From the IMG/VR virus record IMGVR_UViG_2718218361_000001: a stretch of DNA of 18,292 nucleotides; one strand, written 5' to 3'. Positions 9,475 through 16,512 of the stretch are shown in pieces (within the stretch, counting starts at the first letter, position 1; each line of letters opens with the position of its first letter). The DNA is from a virus. Lineage: Duplodnaviria; Heunggongvirae; Uroviricota; Caudoviricetes. The notes beneath the pieces were generated by a model, which saw nothing but the letters and a program-made list of their open reading frames with translations, searched no databases and was not told the origin of the DNA. Position numbers and translations under genes: made by a program.

Positions 9475-9735
9475 TCACGCATGGTCTCCTTGCTCGCGGG
9501 CTGCAATTCGCGCCGCCATCCATGCATTGACCTCCGACTGTACCCAGGCAACATTTTTTCCACCCAGGGAGATCTGCTGCGGGAAGGCATCACGGCTGAT
9601 AAGGTCGTAGATGGTTGAACGGGATAGCCCGCAAAGGTGCATCACTTCAGGTAATCGTATGAAGCGCTCCTGCTCAGTCGGAACCGGGAGCACCGGAGCA
9701 GCTGGTGCTGGGGTGGAAACGGAAATAGTATGCAT
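9475..9735 (-). CDS. AlpA/Vis-family phage transcriptional regulator (excisionase-like HTH), 86 aa
   Basis: ATG at 9735 with AGAGAGG 7 nt upstream. Translation [46 protein letters not shown] has the AlpA-type HTH signature. Confidence 0.8.
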   Translation of the reverse strand: MHTISVSTPAPAAPVLPVPTEQERFIRLPEVMHLCGLSRSTIYDLISRDAFPQQISLGGKNVAWVQSEVNAWMAARIAAREQGDHA

Positions 9736-10270
9736 CTCGCTACCTCTCTAATATGTTTTCAGTAGTCCGGACAATTCCATCCGGATTCAGGTAGTTCCTT
9801 ATTATGTTCATATAAGCGGCTCGCGCATGCTTTATTTAATTAGAGTGAAATATTGACTTCTCAAAAAATAAAACAGCTAAAAACCGGATAAAACGGACAA
9901 AAACAAATCATTCCCTCATGGAATATAATAAGGAGCTTCAAGAATAAAAAAGTCTATTACACCAAGCAGGATCGCCGCTCAAGTCTGTACCAGACCATAT
10001 CATTCCGGGCGTTACATCATAAGGATGAAAACAGCGCCGGAATAATAAAAGGGCCAAAAAACGTTCATAAAAAACAGTTCATCATATGTATTAATTAAGT
10101 TAATGGCTAAAAAAATTAAATTACCCGCATCCTTCCGAATTTATCCGGATGTGTTTAGTGAGCATCAGACAGATTCATTTTTATGGATATTTTCCTGAAA
10201 TGCAACCGAGTGTAGGGAGGTTAAGTGTTGAATTTTTAAACAGACATAAGACACATTTTATACTGTATAT

Positions 10271-10484
10271 TGAATAGTGTTGAATACGTGTGAATAGTGG
10301 TGAGGAATAAAAATCCAGTAATAAACTGAAATAAATATAGCGATTTATATGAAAAACAAATATAAGTTTAAATTTATCTCTGTGAACAGTCATGAACAGT
10401 AGATGACCACTTTTATTTAAACCCTACACTCCTTAACCACATGTATTTACTATTCTTTTATGAAAGTGAACAGTAGTGAATAGT
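10271..10484. repeat. ori-like iteron cluster in the AT-rich divergent region
   Basis: About seven copies of GTGAA(C/T)AGT at 10271, 10281, 10291, 10382, 10393, 10466, 10476. Their reverse complement contains TGTTCAC/TATTCAC, the same core as the repeats at 5898-5975. The two clusters are about 4.4-4.5 kb apart. Confidence 0.5.
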
Positions 10485-10549
10485 ATGTATTAAAGGAAGG
10501 GTGAAGATCAGACATGACACCTTTCTCTGGCTAGCCAGAACAAGGTCAT

Positions 10550-10567
10550 TGTTCAGTCACTGGCACA
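10550..10567 (+). promoter_or_regulatory. Candidate Ogr/Delta-dependent late promoter element (TGT-N12-ACA dyad) upstream of the Sid-like gene
   Basis: TGT(10550-10552)-tcagtcactggc-ACA(10565-10567), 73-90 nt upstream of the ATG at 10640. P2/P4 late promoters carry such a dyad near -55 (established knowledge). No clear -35; -10 is weak. Confidence 0.4.
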
Positions 10568-10639
10568 ATCCTCATCGGTAGTGCGCTTGTATGGGCACCG
10601 GCACAATTGACACAACAACAAAACACTACCGGAGCAGCC

Positions 10640-11392
10640 ATGACAACTGTTAACCAGATCCCTGATGCAAACATTACACCCTCCCTCCCACCGAAAATTC
10701 GCGAAGCGGTAGAAAAAGTTAAAGCAGCAAAAGCTGTCTGGCAGGAAGAACGGCGAATACAAACTGAAGCCGCTGCAATGACTGAAACTATCCGTAAACG
10801 TCAGGAAGATACAAAAACGGAGACGCAGGCGCTTAATGATGAATGGCGAAACCTGTTTCGTGAGAATCAGGGGAATATGACGCCACGAATGAAAAAACTG
10901 CGGGCAGAAATCGCCCTGGGACGCGAAACACTTGATGAGTTCGAAGATTTGCTTGAAGCTCACGCCGCAGAAAAAGAATTCCTGCCCTGGAAAACTGCGG
11001 ATGCTGCAAACCGCTACATCAGCGAACATAACCGGCTGATTGAAACTCATGCAGAGTGGCTCTGGAATGAGTTTATGAAGGAACACGGCCAGAAACTTAT
11101 TCAGATCCTTGGATTGCTGAAAATGACTCTGGGGCGAAGCGCTTCTTCCGTTATCGGCGTAGTTCATACCGTAAACGACCCCGAAAGTGTGCTGAAGCAA
11201 TTTATCAGCGAGCAACTCACCGCTCCGGCACTGTCCTGTAACGTATCTTCAACGGATGTTATTGCCCTGCCGGGGATTAGCATTTATGCGGACGATAAAG
11301 CCCTACAGGATGCCAGACAATCACCCAGCCCTGCAGCGCGTTCCCGGATGCTTAAACAGCGTGACATGGTTAAAGGGGAAGAGAAGGGATGA
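10640..11392 (+). CDS. Sid/Psu-family protein, candidate capsid size-determination (Sid-like), 250 aa
   Basis: ATG at 10640 with GGAG 5 nt upstream (ORF-track start 10607 is a TTG without RBS). First gene of the late operon as in P4. Shares the NEFMKEHGQKL block with the Psu-like product (ENFMSEHGNAL) and MTPRMKKLRAEIA with the paralog at 12237 (VTPEMKALRAEYL). Stop overlaps the next start (ATGA). Confidence 0.7.
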   Translation: MTTVNQIPDANITPSLPPKIREAVEKVKAAKAVWQEERRIQTEAAAMTETIRKRQEDTKTETQALNDEWRNLFRENQGNMTPRMKKLRAEIALGRETLDEFEDLLEAHAAEKEFLPWKTADAANRYISEHNRLIETHAEWLWNEFMKEHGQKLIQILGLLKMTLGRSASSVIGVVHTVNDPESVLKQFISEQLTAPALSCNVSSTDVIALPGISIYADDKALQDARQSPSPAARSRMLKQRDMVKGEEKG

Positions 11393-11943
11393 ATCCTGGA
11401 AACATTACTAAGGAAGCTCTCAACAACTATCGCGCGGAGATAAAAAGCTGGCTGACACTACGTAATGTGCAAAGTACCAGCCAACTTCGTCTGGCGGCTC
11501 TGCTGGATACTGAAGAAAAACCGGCAGCATATGCCAGCCAGCTTGAGAATCTTCGTGAGCGTCTTGCTCTCCTCGAATGGCAGATTAACTGCGCCGCTAG
11601 GGACGGTCTTTATGCTCACCAGATTGTGCTGGAAAGCTGTGTTACAAGCGCAACTGAAAACTTCATGAGCGAGCATGGTAATGCACTCACTGACGCTCTG
11701 GCTCCTTTTCTTTGCGCACCATACGGGCTTGAGGCGGCAATGAAAATATTACGCACCGCTGTAGTCCGACAAACCGAAATCCGTACTCCTGTAATTTCAG
11801 CAGCATATAAGAGCGTTATCGACGAAACCGGATTAACGGTGGATGCATCAATGCGAGCTGATGCTTCAGCCATTTTCACCCCGGCAAAACATAAAGTTTT
11901 TCTGGCCCGCCTCAACAGGCTTAATGAAAAAGGAGGGTACTGA
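11389..11943 (+). CDS. psu: Psu-like protein (polarity suppression / capsid decoration family), 184 aa
   Basis: ATG at 11389 preceded by a purine-rich stretch. Blocks EHGNALTDALAP and FTPAKHKVFLAR resemble my recollection of P4 Psu (QHGTALAAALAP, FTPAQNMIFSRK). Size close to P4 Psu (190 aa). Confidence 0.75.
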   Translation: MNPGNITKEALNNYRAEIKSWLTLRNVQSTSQLRLAALLDTEEKPAAYASQLENLRERLALLEWQINCAARDGLYAHQIVLESCVTSATENFMSEHGNALTDALAPFLCAPYGLEAAMKILRTAVVRQTEIRTPVISAAYKSVIDETGLTVDASMRADASAIFTPAKHKVFLARLNRLNEKGGY

Positions 11944-11944
11944 T

Positions 11945-12217
11945 ATGGCCCTGAAATGTCCTGAATGTGGCACGGTCGCACACGCCAGAACCAGCGCCTA
12001 TGAAGCTCCATCGGTTAAACGCTCATGGTATCAGTGCCAGAATCTTGAATGCTCCTGCACATTTACTGCCCTGGAAAGTGTGGACACGATAATTATGAAG
12101 CCCCATAAACCAGTGGCGCCTGAACCTGAATCACAGAGCGATTCTCTTGTACGTCAGCCGCATACACTGGGCCGCTACGGTTCAGCCTGTACCCTTAAAG
12201 ACCGTCATGCACAATAA
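11945..12217 (+). CDS. Ogr/Delta-family zinc-finger late transcription activator, 90 aa (single domain)
   Basis: ATG at 11945 with GGAGG 8 nt upstream, 1 nt after the Psu stop. CPECGTVAHARTS...WYQCQNLECSCTFTALESV matches the Ogr/Delta signature (recalled P2 Ogr: CPLCQHAAHARTS...YHQCQNVNCSATFITYESV). Confidence 0.85.
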   Translation: MALKCPECGTVAHARTSAYEAPSVKRSWYQCQNLECSCTFTALESVDTIIMKPHKPVAPEPESQSDSLVRQPHTLGRYGSACTLKDRHAQ

Positions 12218-12236
12218 ATTGGGGAGGAACAAAAAT

Positions 12237-13049
12237 ATGACAGAACAACAATTGACGGAAAACCAGATTCAGGCCGCAACCGGACACGTAGTAACACTCC
12301 TCGCGAGGGCAAAAAAACCGCTTCAGGATGCGGATTGGCTCATGAATTTGCCTGCAAATGAAATAGCCCGCGAGACGGAAAAACTGACAAAAAGCCTTTC
12401 CTCCGACTGGCAGTCCCGAATTATCGACCTTTACCAAAAAATGCAGGCCTGGGTGGAGGCCAGACAGGCCGAAGAAGCAGCCATTGAGAACCTTCGGGCT
12501 CTGCGCCAGCATCAGACCGAAACTGAGCAGGCCAGCAAAGACAATCGGGCGCAGTTCAGGGAACTGCTTAACCAGAGCGGCGGCATCGTAACGCCGGAGA
12601 TGAAAGCTCTCCGGGCTGAGTATCTGGAACAACAGGAAACAGCCACAGAACTCGCCGGGCTGATTACTGAAAAAGAAGATCAGCTGCCGGTACTGGCTCA
12701 AGCGACCACGCGTAAAGCAAACGTCTATATAAACTGCCATCATGGCATCACTGAGGAGCGTATCGATGAGCTTTTACGAGACTTTTTTATTTTCCACGGT
12801 GCCGAATTGAGCGGCCTGCTCAGGATGAAGTACAGACAATTTGAGCGATATAGCTCAGCACATATACCGGGCATTATTGAAGGCACAAATGATGCAGATA
12901 CGCTGTATCGTGAATTTATCCTGAATCTAATGCTGAAGTGGACGAATGAAATATTACCGTTAAGATTCCGGGACGACGTGATGAGCCTGACCGGTTCAGC
13001 TCCGGTATCAGGATCGCATGACGACAGAAAAAAAAGTAAGCTGTTTTGA
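12237..13049 (+). CDS. Second Sid/Psu-family paralog, 270 aa, function unassigned
   Basis: ATG at 12237 with GGGGAGG 9 nt upstream (ORF-track start 12147 lacks an RBS). Coiled-coil-like; shares sequence blocks with the Sid-like gene at 10640. Followed by a strong terminator. Confidence 0.7.
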   Translation: MTEQQLTENQIQAATGHVVTLLARAKKPLQDADWLMNLPANEIARETEKLTKSLSSDWQSRIIDLYQKMQAWVEARQAEEAAIENLRALRQHQTETEQASKDNRAQFRELLNQSGGIVTPEMKALRAEYLEQQETATELAGLITEKEDQLPVLAQATTRKANVYINCHHGITEERIDELLRDFFIFHGAELSGLLRMKYRQFERYSSAHIPGIIEGTNDADTLYREFILNLMLKWTNEILPLRFRDDVMSLTGSAPVSGSHDDRKKSKLF

Positions 13050-13073
13050 CCTGAACAGAAAAGCTCACTTAAG

Positions 13074-13095
13074 CCCGGCCAGTGCCGGGTTTTTT
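13074..13095 (+). terminator. Rho-independent terminator of the late operon
   Basis: CCCGGC-cagt-GCCGGG hairpin (13074-13089) followed by T6 (13090-13095), 25 nt after the stop at 13047-13049. Confidence 0.7.
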
Positions 13096-13236
13096 GATGT
13101 CTATAGCCTGAGTGCATGTCTATACTGCATGAAATCGCATGACTTTATGCACTTGCATTTTTACTTCCCAGACCAGATAAGGCGCGGTTTAGAGCCTATC
13201 ATGCAACTGCATGAAAACCACTCCCTAAAGCGGGCA

Positions 13237-13255
13237 GGCGTGGCGGGGCTACGAG
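13237..13255. other. Candidate cos-like site (P2/186-family cohesive-end-like sequence)
   Basis: GGCGTGGCGGGG matches the first 12 nt of the P2/186-type 19-nt cohesive end as I recall it (GGCG[A/T]GGCGGGGAAAGCA-). The remaining 7 nt diverge. Position between the late operon and the cargo matches where cos sits in P4. Confidence 0.3.
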
Positions 13256-13629
13256 CGCGCGCTTCGAGGTAAAAGGATGCCGAGCATACAACTCATCGAT
13301 AATGCGGTAGGGTAAATAAGGGGGGGGGCTTGCTATTTTGTACGCTGTAAGGAAGCAAAAGGAAGTCAGTGAGCTAGGGTTAAACAACCCAGCGTATGAG
13401 GTTAAAGTCTAAAATTGAGAACAGCCGTATATGGAGTAATAAAAAGGTGAGGTTGAATCTTTGAGAGGCTGTTTATCAAGGCATAAACCTCTATAGGATG
13501 CATGGTTTTGCATGTGTTTAAATGTTACGCCAATTTAGGCCAACGCCTTTAGGGCGTGGCCTATTTCCATCTTTGCAACTCCATCAAATGCGTCTTCATG
13601 ATGAAGATGAGGATTAGGCGGAAATTGAA

Positions 13630-15399
13630 TTAAAGACGCCACAGACTCTCAAGATCGAGCGTGTCACTTTGCGGTGCACTTTCTTCAGAAAGTCTATCGA
13701 TCTGCACAAGAAGCGGAGTATGAAATGCTGTTCCCGAAATTATGCATGCGCCTGGAGGAAGGGTAGGTATAAGTGTTCTGGATGCTGCATCTAATGTACT
13801 TAAGGTGTTTTTAAGAAGGTAAAGGTCGTTTTCATTTACCAAGCGATGTATGAAATAATTATGAAGTTGTGATACGATTGTTGGCGATATATCAAATGGT
13901 CGCTGGCTTGAAATAGTTACAAAATAACCAAACTTCCTACCTTCCTTTATTATCTCCTCAAATAATTCAAGTCGATAATCTTTCCAAGTCTCAGCCTCCC
14001 TCACAGAGCTTTCGGAAAGAATGTTGTGAGCTTCATCTATTATTAAATGAAAACTTTCTTTTTTGTTGTCCGAAGACTTGTGTTCTATGAAGGAACATTT
14101 CGCAATCATCATCGGAATCGTTTTTTTTATGGTTTGATTGCATTCTTTGAGAGAGATTATGGATATTGGTTTATAGCTTTGTTGAGCGCGGTTTATTTCT
14201 ATAACCTTTGCTAGAGATGAGCTCATTGCTATTATTTTGTTTATCAAAGGATATATGTGATCATATTGAACATAGTTTCTGGATACAGAATTTATTAATT
14301 GCAGTGTTGCACGTATAGCAATTTCATCAAATACACTAGTAACATGGAATTGGCTATTGTATGTTGCTTGAGTGTGTTTTAAAACTTCAGCAGTAGTGTC
14401 AAGCCAACCCGAAGGGTGTGTATATTTTTCTTGGTTTGAATGCCAAGTAAAGAGAGAGAGTTCATCTCGTATCTTTTGTTGATCGTTCTCATCGAAATAA
14501 GGCAGTAGACTTTTTAATAAATTAACGGTCTCTTTGTGAGGATTTGTTCCAAACATTATTTCAATTGTTCTTTTTAAATATGTGTTAAGATCGTCATCAT
14601 ACTTTAACTTGCTCTTTATTAAATGTGTAAGAAATGGTTTTTGTGTTTTCTCGGTTGCAGAGAATAAAACTGACAACAGTTCATCATCCCAAAATTCTTT
14701 TTCACCGAAATATATCTTATCACCATCTTTTTTTGTGCTAAGTTTTGTGGAGTGACATAGTTCTGGAAAGGAATTCTCTAATGTCCCATATTCACCATTG
14801 AAATCAATCAATACGAAATTTGACTTATCGATCAATTGTTGTTTGTTTTCAATTCTATTGAAAAGTGATTGATATATTTTTGCTAGAGTATTTGACTTTC
14901 CACTTCCTGTATTTCCAAAAATACCTATATGAGAATTAAAAACACCGTTTATGGGAATGTTTATTGGTAATTCCTCTAGCATGGATTTGCCAATGTTAAT
15001 GAGCGGAGTTTTTGTATTTTTGCTAAAACTATAGATTTCAGATATTTTATCATCCGAAATTAAATAAAGTCTATCATTTATCATTGGGAGATATTTTATT
15101 CCAGAGTAGAATTTACCCTCAAAAAAATACCCGAGAATATTTAGTTCAACGAATCTTTCATATTTTTTCTGCTCAATGTCATCAGTACGAATGTTAAAGT
15201 TCTCAACAATTTCCTCACCTATGATCTTACCTACAATGTCCTGATAACCTTTACGAACTAATACAAATTCATTTATTGATATACCACGCAATATTTTTCC
15301 ATTGTGGAAGTATGTTGATTGGAACAAGTCATGGTTTATTTTTGCTTTGACAGTGGTTCCTTTTACTTGGGTCACTTTACCTATATTCAGTTCGTCCAT
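13630..15399 (-). CDS. HerA-like (FtsK/HerA superfamily, DUF87-type) ATPase, 589 aa; second gene of the cargo pair
   Basis: ATG at 15399 with AGGAGA 9 nt upstream (ORF-track start 15408 is a TTG). Walker A GIFGNTGSGKSNT and Walker B HLIIDEAHN; N-terminal beta-rich region before the ATPase core. About 28-30% GC by hand count. Overlaps the upstream gene by 13 nt. Confidence 0.85.
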   Translation of the reverse strand: MDELNIGKVTQVKGTTVKAKINHDLFQSTYFHNGKILRGISINEFVLVRKGYQDIVGKIIGEEIVENFNIRTDDIEQKKYERFVELNILGYFFEGKFYSGIKYLPMINDRLYLISDDKISEIYSFSKNTKTPLINIGKSMLEELPINIPINGVFNSHIGIFGNTGSGKSNTLAKIYQSLFNRIENKQQLIDKSNFVLIDFNGEYGTLENSFPELCHSTKLSTKKDGDKIYFGEKEFWDDELLSVLFSATEKTQKPFLTHLIKSKLKYDDDLNTYLKRTIEIMFGTNPHKETVNLLKSLLPYFDENDQQKIRDELSLFTWHSNQEKYTHPSGWLDTTAEVLKHTQATYNSQFHVTSVFDEIAIRATLQLINSVSRNYVQYDHIYPLINKIIAMSSSLAKVIEINRAQQSYKPISIISLKECNQTIKKTIPMMIAKCSFIEHKSSDNKKESFHLIIDEAHNILSESSVREAETWKDYRLELFEEIIKEGRKFGYFVTISSQRPFDISPTIVSQLHNYFIHRLVNENDLYLLKNTLSTLDAASRTLIPTLPPGACIISGTAFHTPLLVQIDRLSEESAPQSDTLDLESLWRL

Positions 15400-16502
15400 G
15401 TTACCCAATCTCCTGTTTCTGATTTGAAAATTCTATCAATAAAAGTATCAAAAGAAATTTTATGATCAACTTCTTTAGGATAAATGAAGGTTATTCTGGG
15501 GTCATTTACTGTATTATTTATATCTTGCTTGCTTTGATTGTTGTAGCAAAAAACAAATACTTTTAGTGTTGGATTACTTAAAGATCTTTTTATTATTTCA
15601 AGAATGTGCTCGTCTTGAAATGAAAACCCAAAACAAATTAATACAGTTTGTGGTTTCTCTAATTCATAGCTTAATAATCTTAAGCTCTGATAGTAGTGTT
15701 GCTGAAATACTGTTTCTGAAAACTTTTCTTTGGTCGGATTAACTATCGCGAGTGAGTTATAGTATGATTTGAATTCTTCAAGAGAATTTTGGTCATTAGC
15801 ATTTAAATCCAAGTAATCAGCAAGATCATCGTTAGTTGTATTTAGGGTAATTACTAAATCATCTATGGTTTTATCTGTCTCTAAATTTATTAATTCAGGT
15901 GAAACGCTTGGGTAGTTGATGCTTATTGTTTCATTCTCATCTCTTTTCCATGAGACCGAACCATGCATTTTAATTAAATTGATAGTTGGTAACTCATGTT
16001 TGTACATATCATGAGTTCCTTGATGCCAAGTAGTAATATGAAAATTACTAATGTTTAATCTTCTGTTTTTAAAACCTATAGCACCATCATTGAAATGGAA
16101 TGTTTTCTTAGCTAATGCATTGTCTGCTGCTGTTTCAAAAAAAAGATCATAGTTAGTTGTGAAAATATTGGCTCGTCTTATTTGATTGGAACCTTTTTTT
16201 TCTAATAAAGTAACAAGTTCATCTAGAAAATCTGTATAGCTATTTATTGTTGAGGTGTATTTTTTGTTTTCTACACTTGGCTCAATGCAAAATGTTTTTC
16301 TAATGATTTTATTGAAATAAGAACATAAGATAAAATCCTTAACATCGATACAATCTTTATGCGTTAATAATGTCTCATAAGTGGTGTTTTCAGCAAGCCA
16401 CAGCGTTGGTATATACGATGCTGAAGCTCCTGAGCCAAATAGAAAGTTAATATTTTTATCATAAATATTTGATGCTTTGCATGGGAATTCTCTCGTGCTC
16501 AT
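15387..16502 (-). CDS. SIR2-like (sirtuin-fold, predicted NADase) protein, 371 aa; first gene of the cargo pair
   Basis: ATG at 16502 with AAGGA 8 nt upstream, only 10 bp after the integrase stop. Motifs FLFGSGASAS (glycine-rich loop), TTNYD and MHGS (His-Gly) are typical of SIR2-family domains. AT-rich like its partner. Confidence 0.85.
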   Translation of the reverse strand: MSTREFPCKASNIYDKNINFLFGSGASASYIPTLWLAENTTYETLLTHKDCIDVKDFILCSYFNKIIRKTFCIEPSVENKKYTSTINSYTDFLDELVTLLEKKGSNQIRRANIFTTNYDLFFETAADNALAKKTFHFNDGAIGFKNRRLNISNFHITTWHQGTHDMYKHELPTINLIKMHGSVSWKRDENETISINYPSVSPELINLETDKTIDDLVITLNTTNDDLADYLDLNANDQNSLEEFKSYYNSLAIVNPTKEKFSETVFQQHYYQSLRLLSYELEKPQTVLICFGFSFQDEHILEIIKRSLSNPTLKVFVFCYNNQSKQDINNTVNDPRITFIYPKEVDHKISFDTFIDRIFKSETGDWVTWTN

Positions 16503-16512
16503 TTTTATATCC

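Noticed and set aside
8930-9523. 197-aa ORF on the minus strand as a full-length gene
   Set aside because: Only the last 63 codons follow an RBS. The upstream part has no RBS, overlaps GC-rich structured sequence and a candidate terminator, and reads like a chance open frame.
9199-9618. 139-aa plus-strand ORF and 60-61-aa minus-strand ORFs around 9259-9593
   Set aside because: Overlap the AlpA-like gene or the structured noncoding stretch; Arg/Pro-rich translations typical of GC-rich out-of-frame reading.
10271-10484. Iteron cluster as a possible CRISPR array
   Set aside because: Repeats are 7-9 bp with irregular short spacing and no spacer structure. They match replication-iteron architecture, not CRISPR.
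10553-11215. 220-aa minus-strand ORF opposite the Sid-like gene
   Set aside because: Fully overlaps a well-supported plus-strand gene with RBS and operon context; Cys/Phe-rich nonsense-like translation.
12195-12743. 182-aa minus-strand ORF opposite the second Sid/Psu paralog
   Set aside because: Antisense to a supported gene; no RBS; no motifs.
13018-13387. 84-aa plus and 62-aa minus ORFs in the late-operon/cargo spacer
   Set aside because: No RBS; they overlap the terminator, cos-like sequence and direct repeats; likely noncoding.
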